63,957 nt of DNA, filler included, from Vicugna vicugna (GCA_013265495.1; 81 parts of 79 records of this genome joined end to end with filler, not necessarily neighbours in it), one strand, 5' to 3'. Shown: positions 12,028 through 24,794, counted from the first letter of the whole stretch. Numbers and translations are program-made. The notes: generated by a model not told the origin, from the sequence alone.

Positions 12028-12127
12028 NNNNNNNNNNNNNNNNNNNNNNNNNNNNNNNNNNNNNNNNNNNNTTAATTAATTAANNNNNNNNNNNNNNNNN
12101 NNNNNNNNNNNNNNNNNNNNNNNNNNN

Positions 12128-12199
12128 CATAATGCCTTCAAGGTCCATCCATGGTGGAACAGATGGCAAGATATCCTTCTTTGTGGCTGAATAGTATTC

Positions 12200-12251
<52 letters not shown>

Positions 12252-12863
12252 TTATAAATACACATTTTCTCTATCCATTCATCCACTGATGAACATTTAA
12301 GTTGCTTCCGTGTCTTGGCTATTATAAATAATGCTGAAGTGAACACGAGGGTGCAGAAATCTTTTTGAGTTAGTGTTTTCATTTCTTACAGATAAATACC
12401 CAGGAGCAGAATTGCTGGATTATACGGTGGTTCTGTTTGTCAGTTTGAGGAACCTCCATACTGGTTTCCATAGTGGCAATTTACACTGTTACCAACAGTG
12501 CACAAGGGTTCCCTTTTTCCCACATCCTTGTCAACGCTTGTTATTTCTTGCCTTTTGCGTACTAGCCACTCTGACAGGTGTGAGGCGATAGCTCATTGTG
12601 GTTTTCATTTGCATTTCCCCAATGATTACTGATGTTGAGAACCTTTTCAAATACTTCTTGGTCATCTGTGTGTCTTCTTTGTAAAATGGCTATTCAGATC
12701 CTCTGCCCATTTTTCAAATCGGATTGTTTGGGGTTTTGCTATTTTGTTGTGTAAGCTCTTTACACATTTTGGATATTAACCCTTTGCAAAATATATGGTT
12801 TGCAAATATTTTTCACATTTGGTAGGTTGCCTTTTCATTTTGTTGATGGTTTCCTTTGCTGTG
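12128..12863 (-). mobile_element. L1 ORF2 3' region
   Basis: The minus strand translates as SALFIIAKTRKQLKCSSVDEWIEKM...MEYYSA...WMDLEGIM. Confidence 0.92.
12205..12248 (+). repeat. (TG)22 microsatellite
   Basis: Perfect dinucleotide run inside the L1. Confidence 0.97.
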
Positions 12864-14513
12864 NNNNNNNNNNNNNNNNNNNNNNNNNNNNNNNNNNNNN
12901 NNNNNNNTTAATTAATTAANNNNNNNNNNNNNNNNNNNNNNNNNNNNNNNNNNNNNNNNNNNNCATCCGACGGCTATGTATTGCGGGTGTGCCCATATTA
13001 CAGGAGCAGTAGTTTCCCAAAATGGGTCTCTGTGTACTGTGAACTGTTAGAAAGTTTAAAGACGTGTGAAACATTCAACTGAAAATGGACACACTTCCCT
13101 CCGTTGCTACAGTGCATACAGATCTGAACAAAAGGAAAGAGGGAAGANNNNNNNNNNNNNNNNNNNNNNNNNNNNNNNNNNNNNNNNNNNNNNNNNNNNN
13201 NNNNNNNNNNNNNNNNNNNNNNNNNNNNNNNNNNNNNNNNNNNNNNNNNNNNNNNNNNNNNNNNNNNNNNNNNNNNNNNNNNATGTTGGTGTGCGAGGCT
13301 TGTTGTGGCTGGTGGATCCTAGGTAACCGGGCAGAGTTCTGTGGGTGGATCAGTGCGATCGATGGGCTGCCGCCCTCTGTGGAGCTTGCCTTAAGTCTTT
13401 GGTACGGGAAGCTGTGTCAGTTCGAGATACTGCTGCTGCNNNNNNNNNNNNNNNNNNNNNNNNNNNNNNNNNNNNNNNNNNNNTTAATTAATTAANNNNN
13501 NNNNNNNNNNNNNNNNNNNNNNNNNNNNNNNNNNNNNNNTTTAAAAAAAAACATTGAAGTAAATGAAATGCAAATATATCAAAGTGTGCAGGGTGCAGCT
13601 GAAGAAGTGTGTGAGGGAAATGCATAGCACTGAATACTTGCATTAGGAGTCTCCATGCTGAGTGTGTGCCTATGTCCTTAGACAAGCTTGGAGGTCCCCT
13701 CTTACAGGAAGCCACCCTGATTACCTTTCCTCCCAGCCCACCCTGCATCCCTGAGCATGCAGCTCCCCTACCCCATCAGAGTCTGTCCTGGATGTCTCCC
13801 CTAGGAGACTGAGAGCAGTTCCATGGGGGCAGCAAAGAGGCTGTAAGATAATTTTATTTCTCCTTGCAGGACCTCAAAATGCTTTTGTAGGACCAGCAGT
13901 TTAATAAATGTTGAAAACCAAATGGCTTTGTTTTCCTTCTGTTTTAGCAAGTTTGTTTTCACGTCTTCAGGTTGAAATCATAGATACCAGTAAGGGAGTC
14001 TAACAGGTTCTCCGGATCCCTCTACCCAAGGGCCCTGCATACTCATGCACTTTGCCAAGCAGTTCCTCCTCTTCACGAGTGTGTAGGGGCTGCGTTGAAA
14101 TCCCTGAGACTCCGTCAAGCACTGACGCTCTCTGTCCCCAGCCTTGGAACCTGGCCTGCTCGGGCATTTATGGCGGCTGCCGCAGCTTCATGGGCCCCCG
14201 CTCTTCCAGGTCGTCTGCCGGCTGCGGCGGCCAGGGGGGAGCTGCTGCAGATGGCCAGAAGCCTTCCGTGTGCCCCTCGGGGGTGCGGCCTTCCTTGGGG
14301 GGGGGATTCTGCACCCACTTCCTGGGGTGGGGGTGGGGGGGCTTTCCTTTCCAGCCAGTGATTCTCAGTCCTGGGTCATCTCAGGGCATTTTATGAACAG
14401 ACTCCTTTTCTTCNNNNNNNNNNNNNNNNNNNNNNNNNNNNNNNNNNNNNNNNNNNNTTAATTAATTAANNNNNNNNNNNNNNNNNNNNNNNNNNNNNNN
14501 NNNNNNNNNNNNN

Positions 14514-15338
14514 ACCCAAACTGGGAACACCTGTGCCCTCAGAAAGATGCTTAGACACCTTTTCCACACATCCAGCACAGAAAGTAAGACGTGTTCAGGT
14601 ATCCTGAGTGTGGGGAGGCTCCTCCAACAGACAGCAGCGCCTGTTTTATCAAATAGAATCCCTTAGCTTGAATTCCCTGAGTGTTTCCAAGGCCGGGCTG
14701 TGAGGGAAAAATGGGGTTTGGGCTTGGTGGCCAAGTAGCTTCTAGTGCTCCCCGATGGAATGAGGAAGTACGTAGAGGACTTCAACCTAATGGGGGAACA
14801 CCTGTGCCCCCATTTATATGCATTGTGTGGGGCTCCACACATTCCCCCTCACGAGGCGGGGTTCCGATAACCTGAGGGTGGGGAAGTTTATCCAACTGAC
14901 AGCACCGCCTGGGTTCTAATAGAATCCCTATGTTTCTCTTCCCTGATGAATTGCCTATGCCGGAGTGCGGGGGAAAGTGGGGTTTAGTCTCTAAAATCAA
15001 GTACTATCGAGTGCCTCTCCATGGAATGTAGAGATCTTTAATCTACTAAAATCTACTATCCACAATCTGGGAATACCTGTGCCCCTTGAAAAATGCTTTG
15101 CTCTGTTTCCCCACCTCCAGCACACACACGAAGAAGTATTCTGTTATCCTGACTGTGGGGAGGCTCCTCCAACTGAAAGCAGCACCTGGGATTTAATGGA
15201 ATCACTTGTCTTGACTTCCCTGAGTGTTTCCATAGGCCAGGCTCTGAGCGATTGTGGGGTGGCACACTAAACCAAAGTAATAGCGAGTGCCTATCTATGA
15301 GTAGCGGAAATGTTTAACTACATCCTCAACCTGGGAAC
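14514..15338. repeat. Satellite D
   Basis: GGGAA(C/T)ACCTGTGCCC recurs at ~14523, ~14794 and ~15069, and GGGAAC at ~15333. Confidence 0.9.
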
Positions 15339-16046
15339 NNNNNNNNNNNNNNNNNNNNNNNNNNNNNNNNNNNNNNNNNNNNTTAATTAATTAANNNNNN
15401 NNNNNNNNNNNNNNNNNNNNNNNNNNNNNNNNNNNNNNACTTGTCCATGAATCTGTAAATCTATAATTAATGGACAAAACATAATTTATTAAAAAAATCA
15501 AAAGAATATTCTGCAATCCATCCAAAAATAAATGCTCATTGACTTAAAACGTTTCTCCTTTAAGGTGNNNNNNNNNNNNNNNNNNNNNNNNNNNNNNNNN
15601 NNNNNNNNNNNNNNNNNNNNNNNNNNNNNNNNNNNNNNNNNNNNNNNNNNNNNNNNNNNNNNNNNNNNNNNNNNNNNNNNNNNNNNNTTTTACTTCATAG
15701 CAGGTGTTTGAGGGTAGGTATCAGTGTCTCCTTTTTTGCAGCTGAGGGATTGAGAGATGGAGCAACTTGTCCCAAATCACACGCAGGTGGTGGTGGCTAG
15801 CTCTGTGCTGGAACCCAGGCTGCACAGGATGCGTTCTTAATTGCTCCTCTAATCAGCCTCATGTTGAGTAGTTACCCGAAATCCTGTGACTCCATAAATG
15901 GCTGATTTTAGTGATCTCAGCCTGATGAGGCCTTCAAAGGAGAGACNNNNNNNNNNNNNNNNNNNNNNNNNNNNNNNNNNNNNNNNNNNNTTAATTAATT
16001 AANNNNNNNNNNNNNNNNNNNNNNNNNNNNNNNNNNNNNNNNNNNN

Positions 16047-16957
16047 GGGAGCTCGAGAGAAACCTCCACGCAGTTCTCTTCAGTCACATTTTTTCCCTGT
16101 CAAGGGAAGTCCGAGAAATGCCTTCCCTGACCTTGTGGAGGCAGCCTCTGTCACTGGAATTTCCTGCAAACCCCCCTAGCATTCCCTGAAACAGAGACAT
16201 TAGGAAAATCCTCAGGGAGTTTNNNNNNNNNNNNNNNNNNNNNNNNNNNNNNNNNNNNNNNNNNNNNNNNNNNNNNNNNNNNNNNNNNNNNNNNNNNNNN
16301 NNNNNNNNNNNNNNNNNNNNNNNNNNNNNNNNNNNNNNNNNNNNNNNNNNNNNNNNNNNNNNNNNNNNNNNNNNNNNNNNNNGGGAGGCAGCCTCTGTCA
16401 CTGGGAATTCCTGAAAACTCCCCTAGCATTCCCTGGCACAGAGATATTAGGAAAACACTCAGGAGAGACCAGCTCAGGCATTCCTTTTGAACCCACGCAC
16501 TGCCGATCTTCGGTGGAACCTCCCCACGCTCAGGGTTCCGGAACAATTGTCAGTGCGTGGGGGAGCTCGAGAGAAAAATCCACGCAGCTCTCTTCAGTCA
16601 CAGGTGTTCCCTGTCAGGGGAAGTCCGAGAAATACCTTCCCTGAACTTGGGGAGGCAGCTTCTAACACTGGGATTTCCTGCAAACCCCCCTAGCATTCCC
16701 TCGAACAGAGACATTAGGAAAACCCTCAGGGGAGACCATCTCAGGCATTCCGTTGGAACCCAAGCGTTGCCGACCGTTGGTGGAACATCCCCACACTCAG
16801 GGTTCCGGAACCATTGTCAGTGCGTGGGGGAGCTCGAGAGAAAAATCCACGCAGCTCTCTTCAGTCACAGGTGTTCCCTGTACGGGGTAGTCCGAGAAAT
16901 ACCTTTCATGAACTTGGGGAGGCAGCCTCTGTCCCAGGGATATCCTGCAAACCCCCC
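16047..16957. repeat. Satellite A (opposite orientation)
   Basis: GAGCTCGAGAGAAAAATCCACGCAGC at 16563 and 16830 (267 bp). Confidence 0.96.
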
Positions 16958-17057
16958 NNNNNNNNNNNNNNNNNNNNNNNNNNNNNNNNNNNNNNNNNNN
17001 NTTAATTAATTAANNNNNNNNNNNNNNNNNNNNNNNNNNNNNNNNNNNNNNNNNNNN

Positions 17058-17264
17058 CTAATCAATAACAGGACATCAAAACCCAAGAGAAATAGAAATG
17101 AATTAAGAAGTAAAAATTAAGAGAGTAATTGAAAACAGAACAGGTAAAAACAGATTAAAAAAAACAGCAAAACAAAAACAAAAAACAAAAAAACAAAAAA
17201 AATCCCCAAAAAACAAAAAACAAACAAACAAAAAAAAGGGGGGTTGTCGGTGTTCTCCTGGAGT
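17058..17264 (-). mobile_element. T-rich segment of an interspersed repeat (probably L1 5' UTR)
   Basis: The reverse complement of 17243-17264 matches 26488-26509 at 21/22 positions; both are followed by a T-rich tract. Confidence 0.6.
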
Positions 17265-17559
17265 NNNNNNNNNNNNNNNNNNNNNNNNNNNNNNNNNNNN
17301 NNNNNNNNTTAATTAATTAANNNNNNNNNNNNNNNNNNNNNNNNNNNNNNNNNNNNNNNNNNNNTGAAAGGAATAACTTTTTGGTGTGTGTGTGATTAAA
17401 TGTGAAAATCAGTTAAGGCTTAGAAAAGTGTATTATAGAAGGTATATTAAGCTTTCCTCTCTTATACAGCACATATAGGCCATTTAAAAAGTATGAATTT
17501 TTAAAAAGTTTGCATAATACTTTTTTAATTATGTATTAAGTAATCATAATAGTTAAGAT

Positions 17560-17720
17560 TCTTTAAATGCTTACTATTGCTTCAGAACACATCTATTTTT
17601 CTAAATCCTCACAATCACCTTGTGGGGAAGGTAATATTATATCTCTTTTACAGATGAGGAAATAGAACCACGTGGAGATGATGCAATTTGCCCCAAATGA
17701 AGAAACTATTAAGTGAAAGA
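17560..17720 (-). mobile_element. MIR relic
   Basis: AATCCTCACAATCACC...TTTACAGATGAGGAAA...TTGCCCCAA. Confidence 0.7.
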
Positions 17721-17988
17721 ACTGAAATACTCAAAGAGCCCAAAGACACACTAACTGTATAGCACTGTCTCCAGGAATCAATTTCATTTCAGAACTTTTA
17801 CAAACTTGACACATTTCCATTTTCCTTTCAAGCACTTAATGGTTTCAATATTTCTTAAGAAACAGGAAAACTTTCCATTCTCCTTCCTNNNNNNNNNNNN
17901 NNNNNNNNNNNNNNNNNNNNNNNNNNNNNNNNTTAATTAATTAANNNNNNNNNNNNNNNNNNNNNNNNNNNNNNNNNNNNNNNNNNNN

Positions 17989-18734
17989 CCCTGAGGGTTT
18001 TCCTAATTTCTCTGTGCTAGGGAATGCTAGTGGTGATTGAAGGACATCCCAGTGTCTGAGGCTGCCTCCCCAAGATCAGGGAAGGTTTTTCTCGGACTTC
18101 CCCGAACAGGGAACACCTGTGACTGAAGAGAGCTGCGTGGAGTTGTCTCTCGAGCTCCCCCACGCACTGACAATGGTTCCGGAATCCTGAGCGTGGGGAG
18201 GTTCCACCAACGGTCGGCAGCGCGTGGGTTCTAACGGAATGCCTAAGCTCATCTCCCCTGAGGGTTTTCCTAATATCTCTGTGCCAGGGAATGCTAGGGG
18301 TGATTGCAGGACATCCCAGTGTCAGAGGCTGCCTCCCCAATGTCAGGAAAGTTATTTCTCGGACTTCCACGAACAGGGAACACCTGTGACTGAAGAGAGC
18401 TGCGTGGAGTTGTCTCTCGAGATCCCCCACGCACTGACAATGGTTCCGGAATCCTAACGTGTGGGAAAAAAAAAGGCAGCGCGTGGGTTCTAACGGAATA
18501 CCAAAGCTCGTCTCCCCTGAGGGTTTTCCTAATGTCTCTGTGCCAGGGAATGCTAGGGGTGATTGCAGGATATCCCAGTGTCAGAGGCTGACTCTCCAAG
18601 GTCAGGGAAGGTATTTCTCGGGCTTCCCCGAACAGGGAACACCTGTGACTGAAGAGAGCTGCGTGGAGTTGTCCCTCGAGTTGCCCCAAGCACTGACATT
18701 GGTTCCGGAATCCAGAGTGTGGGGAGGTTCCACC
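17989..18734. repeat. Satellite A
   Basis: CTGAGGGTTT at 17991, 18258 (267 bp) and 18517 (259-bp variant). Confidence 0.97.
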
Positions 18735-18834
18735 NNNNNNNNNNNNNNNNNNNNNNNNNNNNNNNNNNNNNNNNNNNNTTAATTAATTAANNNNNNNNNN
18801 NNNNNNNNNNNNNNNNNNNNNNNNNNNNNNNNNN

Positions 18835-19668
18835 ATGAAAACAGAGATAAATTGGAGTTCATTAAAATTTAAAACTTTGTTTCAAAGGACAACATCCAGA
18901 AAGTGGAAAAACAACAGAGAGGAGAAAATTTTTTCAAATCATTTATCTGATAAGGAATTTGTATCTCAAACAAAAAAAATTCCACAGCTCAACAATATAA
19001 AGGCAACTCAATTAAAAAATGAATAAAGGATCTGAAAACATATTTTTCAAAGAAAATAAACAAATGGCCAATAAGCACAATGAAACAATGATCAATAACA
19101 CCTAAAGGAAATCAAGTCAAAACCACTAGGAGAAACCGCTTCACACTCACTACAATAGGTTATAATCAGAAAAAGAGTAACAAGCTCTAATGAGGACACA
19201 GAGGAAGCAGAGCGCACAGCCCTTGCTGATGAGGACGTAACACAGTGTGGCCAGTTTGGAAAACAGCCTGGCACGTCCTCAGAGACCTGAACATTTGATT
19301 TCTGAGTGATCCAGCAATTCTGCTTCCTGGGCACACAAGTAAGAGAATTGAAAACAAATGTTCACATAAAAACTCCTACAGGAATATTCACGGACCAAAA
19401 AGCAGAAACAACCCAAATGCCTATCACCTGATGAATGTGTAAACAGTGGGGCCCAGCCATACAGTGGAATATTATTCAGCAATAGGAAAGCATAGAGTAC
19501 TGACCCAGGCCACAACGTGGACAAACATTGAAAACGTTACTCAGTGTGAAAGAAGTCTAGTCAAAATAGACGGTTCCACTTACATGAAGTGACTCAATTT
19601 GCATGAAATGTCCAGCACAGGCCAATCCACAGAGAGAGAAGAGTGGCTCCCTGGGGCTGGGGGATGGG
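18835..19668 (+). mobile_element. Old L1 (L1M-type) ORF2 end and 3' UTR
   Basis: EKIFSNHLSDK motif; CAACCCAAATGCCTATCACCTGATGAATG; GGAATATTATTCAGCAATA. Confidence 0.9.
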
Positions 19669-19768
19669 NNNNNNNNNNNNNNNNNNNNNNNNNNNNNNNN
19701 NNNNNNNNNNNNTTAATTAATTAANNNNNNNNNNNNNNNNNNNNNNNNNNNNNNNNNNNNNNNNNNNN

Positions 19769-20554
19769 ACATGGAATTTAGAACACAGAATTTAGAATAT
19801 AGAATACCGAATAATGAATATCGAAATTAGAATATAGAATGTAGAACACAAAATATGGAATATAGAATACCGAATGCAGAATATTGAATACAGAATATAG
19901 AGTGTAGAACACAGAATTTCGAATATAGAGTATTGAATACTGAATATAGAATTTAGAATACAGAATGTAGAACACAGAATTTAGAATACAGAATGCAGAA
20001 TACTTTATATAGAATATAGAATATAAAATGATTAACACAGAATATAGAATATAGACAAAGGAATGGAGAATATAGAATAAAGAATATTGAATGAAGTAAA
20101 CAAAATATAGAATATAGAATAGAGAATATAGAACCCAGAATTTAGAAATGGAATGCAGAACAGAGAATTTAGAATATAGAATACATAACACTGAATATAG
20201 AATTAAGAATATAGAATGTAGAACACAGAATATAGAATATAGAATACGGAATGCAGAATATAGACCACAGAATATAGAATGTAGAACACACAATTTAGAA
20301 TATGGAAAACAGAATACGAAACCCAGAATTTAGAACATGGAATGCAGAATACAGAATTTAGAATATGGAAAACTGTATACTGAATATAGAATTTCATAGA
20401 ATGTAGAACACAGAATTTAGAATATAGAATAAAGAATTCTGAATATAGAATTTAGAATATAGAATGTAGAACACAGAATATAGAATATAGAATACAGTAT
20501 ACTTAATATATAATTTACAATATAGAAAGTTCAACACAGAGTATAGAATATAGA
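19769..20554 (+). repeat. Satellite E, 7-bp (AGAATAT)n with variants
   Basis: Continuous 7-bp periodicity with variants AGAATTT, AGAACAC and GGAATGC. Confidence 0.95.
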
Positions 20555-20654
20555 NNNNNNNNNNNNNNNNNNNNNNNNNNNNNNNNNNNNNNNNNNNNTT
20601 AATTAATTAANNNNNNNNNNNNNNNNNNNNNNNNNNNNNNNNNNNNNNNNNNNN

Positions 20655-21905
20655 CCTTAGCTTGACTTCCTTGAGTGTTCTCATAGGCCGGGCTTTGAGA
20701 GAAGGTGGGGGTTGGACTGTAAAGTCAAGTAATATCCAATGCCTCTCTATGGGCAGTGNNNNNNNNNNNNNNNNNNNNNNNNNNNNNNNNNNNNNNNNNN
20801 NNNNNNNNNNNNNNNNNNNNNNNNNNNNNNNNNNNNNNNNNNNNNNNNNNNNNNNNNNNNNNNNNNNNNNNNNNNNNNNNNNNNNNNNNNNNNNNNNNNN
20901 NNNNNNNNNNNNNNNNNNNNNNNNNNNNNNNNNNNNNNNNNNNNNNNNNNNNNNNNNNNNNNNNNNNNNNNNNNNNNNNNNNNNNNNNNNNNNNNNNNNN
21001 NNNNNNNNNNNNNNNNNNNNNNNNNNNNNNNNNNNNNNNNNNNNNNNNNNNNNNNNNNNNNNNNNNNNNNNNNNNNNNNNNNNNNNNNNNNNNNNNNNNN
21101 NNNNNNNNNNNNNNNNNNNNNNNNNNNNNNNNNNNNNNNNNNNNNNNNNNNNNNNNNNNNNNNNNNNNNNNNNNNNNNNNNNNNNNNNNNNNNNNNNNNN
21201 NNNNNNNNNNNNNNNNNNNNNNNNNNNNNNNNNNNNNNNNNNNNNNNNNNNNNNNNNNNNNNNNNNNNNNNNNNNNNNNNNNNNNNNNNNNNNNNNNNNN
21301 NNNNNNNNNNNNNNNNNNNNNNNNNNNNNNNNNNNNNNNNNNNNNNNNNNNNNNNNNNNNNNNNNNNNNNNNNNNNNNNNNNNNNNNNNNNNNNNNNNNN
21401 NNNNNNNNNNNNNNNNNNNNNNNNNNNNNNNNNNNNNNNNNNNNNNNNNNGTTCCCTGAGTATTTACATAGGCCAGGCTTTGATCTATTGTGGGGTTTGG
21501 TCTCTATAGCTAGGTTTTAGCGAGTGCCTCTCTATTGGCATGGAGATTTTAAAACTACATCCCTAACCTTGAAACACCTGCCCCCCATATAAATGCGTGG
21601 TCTCCCTTTCCCCACCTCCAGCACACCCACGAAGAACAGTTCTGGTATACTGAATGTGGGTAGGCACCTCCAAATGACAGCAGCACCTGGGACCTTGTAA
21701 TAACACTTGGCTTGATTTCCCTGAGTGTTACCTTTGGCCAGGCTGTGAGCGAAGGTGGGTGTGGGGTACTAAATACTAGTAATAGCGAGTGCCTCTCTAT
21801 GGGCATTGGAGGTGTTTAAAATACATCCCCAAACTTTGAACACCTGTGCCCCCAAAAAAAGCGTGGACTCTGTTTCTCCACCTCCAGCACACACACCAAA
21901 ACGGG
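20655..21905. repeat. Satellite D
   Basis: TACATCCC at ~21556 and ~21822 (266 bp); large internal gap. Confidence 0.9.
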
Positions 21906-22005
21906 NNNNNNNNNNNNNNNNNNNNNNNNNNNNNNNNNNNNNNNNNNNNTTAATTAATTAANNNNNNNNNNNNNNNNNNNNNNNNNNNNNNNNNNNNNNN
22001 NNNNN

Positions 22006-22830
22006 TAGGATATAGCTTATACCTAGATATTTTATTATTTTTGTTGGAATAGTAAATGGGATTTTTTTCTTAATTTCTTTTTCTGATACTTCATTATTAG
22101 TGTATAAAACTGCAACTAATTTCTGTATATAAATTTTGTATCCTACAGCTTTACCCAATTCATTGATGAGAGATATATATATACACACATACCCCAAAGA
22201 TGAGGTATACATACATACCTACATACATACATACATGCATGCATATATAGTTCCAATGGAAATAAGATTGTTTTGATAATTTATTTTTAGATAGTTCATT
22301 GTTAATATATAGAAATGCAAGTAAATTTTGTACGATGTCGTTGTCTTTATATTCAGAAACTGTTCTGTTGTCATTGGCTATTACTCTTTTTGTGCTGGAG
22401 TCTTCAGGCATATATATACATATATATACACACACTCATATATATATATACATACATACAATCTGAAAAAACCTAAGTCACTTTACTGTACACCTGAAAC
22501 TAACATAATATTGTAAATACACTACACTTCAATAAAAAGATTATGTAATCTACCAAAAGATAAAATTTTATTTTTCCTTTTTGATTTGAATGCCTTTCAT
22601 TTATTTTTCATGACTGATTTCTCTGGATGGGACTTCCTGTACAATGTTGAGTAGAATTAGTGAGAGTCGAAATTCTTATGTCTTTCCTGATTTTAGAGAA
22701 AAGCCTTTAAGCTTTTTTTGAGTATGAGGTTAGCTGTTGCATTGTTATGGTCTTTATTTTGTTGCGTTGCTTTCCTTCTACACTGAGAATATTTTTTTAC
22801 CATGAAAAGCAGTTGAATTTTGTTAAATGA
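22006..22830 (-). mobile_element. L1 ORF2 RT-region fragments with a nested plus-strand L1 3' end (~22410-22540) and TA/TACA tracts
   Basis: The minus strand gives LINELGKAVGYKI...KKIPFTI...IKYLGI. The insert ends CTGTACACCTGAAACTAACATAATATTGTAAAT...CAATAAAAA. Confidence 0.85.
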
Positions 22831-23532
22831 NNNNNNNNNNNNNNNNNNNNNNNNNNNNNNNNNNNNNNNNNNNNTTAATTAATTAANNNNNNNNNNNNNN
22901 NNNNNNNNNNNNNNNNNNNNNNNNNNNNNNGCTGGCCCAACTCTAGAGCCTTTCCTTCTCACCCCAACTAACATGGTCTAATCTCTCTCGGACAATGCTT
23001 CACTGTTCGCCCTGCTTCCCCCTTCGACATTTTACATTTCCCAGACTCGGAGTTCAGATTTCCAGGCACTTATGAAGATTTTGGAAGTGTGAGTGGTTCA
23101 TTGAGGGGTCGGGGGTGAGGAATGTGGGATTTTAAGTTTAACTATACGAATTCACTCAGGTGCCTGACCTGAAGGCATACATTTCCTGAAGGGGACTGGG
23201 CAGAAGAGGTGCCGGACAGCCTGGGAGGGGTCCCGACAGTCTAGCCAGAAGGCGAGGGATCTCTCATGGAAGCCAGGCTTCCAGTGTTGCCCTCACTTTG
23301 CCCCTCAATTTGCAAGGACCTGGTAACCGGCAAAGGTCACATAAGCCAAGGAAAAGGCCTGCCGAAGGCAGTGTTTTTGCCCGGAGACTGTCAGACAAGG
23401 GGTGCTGGCATGGGGGTTGCAAGGCGACGTGGNNNNNNNNNNNNNNNNNNNNNNNNNNNNNNNNNNNNNNNNNNNNTTAATTAATTAANNNNNNNNNNNN
23501 NNNNNNNNNNNNNNNNNNNNNNNNNNNNNNNN

Positions 23533-23971
23533 TAATGGTGTCCCTGCAGTGCTGCTGGAATTGTTCCAATTCTTGGGAGTCTTGAAGGTGTAGGCTCTGA
23601 GTCTCCCTGCATTGCTAGTGAAATGTGACTCAGTTGTGGTTCTCCTGAAGGGACAGTCTTGGGGGTTTCCCTGCAGGGCTGGTAGATGGGACATAGTGCT
23701 GGGTCTCCTGGAGGAGCAGGCTCATCTTGCAACATGACCAATCTCAGGTTCTCCTGCAGGAGTAGGCTCGGGGCCTTCCTGCAGGGCTAGTGGAATTGGA
23801 CATGGCTCATGGTCTCCCTGCAGTGCCATTGGAATTGGTCCAATTCTTGGGTCTTTTGAAGGTGTAGGTTGCAGGCTGATAAATTACCTGTAGGGCTGGT
23901 GGAATGTGACATGGCTCTTAGTCTAATGCTAGAGCTGATTCAGGGTCTTTCCACAGGGTTGGTAGAATTGG
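23533..23971. repeat. Degenerate internally repetitive sequence, family unknown
   Basis: TCCCTGCAGTG...GGAATTG.TCCAATTCTTGGG...TTGAAGGTGTAGG at ~23541 and ~23815; many CCTGCAGG-type cores. Confidence 0.65.
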
Positions 23972-24071
23972 NNNNNNNNNNNNNNNNNNNNNNNNNNNNN
24001 NNNNNNNNNNNNNNNTTAATTAATTAANNNNNNNNNNNNNNNNNNNNNNNNNNNNNNNNNNNNNNNNNNNN

Positions 24072-24794
24072 TTCTATATTCTCTATTCTATATTCTATAT
24101 ATTGTGTTCTTCATTCCATATTCTACATATCATATTCTGCATTCCGTATTCTATATTCTATATTCTGTGTTCTACATTCTATATTCTAAAAACTATATTC
24201 AGTCTTCTGTATTGTATATTCTAAATTCTTTGTTCTGCACTCCATTTCTTAATTCTGGGTTCTATATTCTCTATTCATTTCTATATTTTTTGTTTACATT
24301 CTATATTGTACGTTCTATATTCTGCATTCCGTGTTTTATATTCTATATTATGTTTTCAACATTCTATATTCTAAATTCTATATTCAGTATTCTGAATTCT
24401 ATATTCTAAATTCTGTGTTCTGCATTCCATGTTCTAAATTCTGGGTTCTATATTTTCTACACTATATTCTATATTCTGTGTTCTATATTGTATATTCNNN
24501 NNNNNNNNNNNNNNNNNNNNTATTCTATATTCTTAATTCTCTTTTCTACATTATATATTCTAAATTCTATATTCAGTATTCTTTATTCTATATTCTAAAT
24601 TCTGTGTTCTGCATTCCATGTTCTAAATTCTCTATTCTATAATCTATATTCTGTGTTCTACTTTCTATATACTTAATTTTATATTCAGTATTCTGTATTC
24701 TTTATTTTAAATTCTCTGTTCTACATTTTAATTCTAAATCCTATATTTGGTATACTGTATTTTATATTCTAAATTCTGTGTTCTGCATTCCATG
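24072..24794 (-). repeat. Satellite E
   Basis: (ATTCTAT)n periodicity. Confidence 0.95.

Noticed and set aside
14052..14461. Overlapping GC-rich ORFs (similarly at 44643-45112)
   Set aside because: Expected from high GC content; no recognisable domain or exon structure.
19778..20397. Hydrophobic YSIFYIL-repeat ORFs resembling membrane proteins
   Set aside because: They are translations of the 7-bp satellite E.
20662..21520. Long ORFs of 150-265 aa here and at other gaps
   Set aside because: They consist almost entirely of X from N runs.
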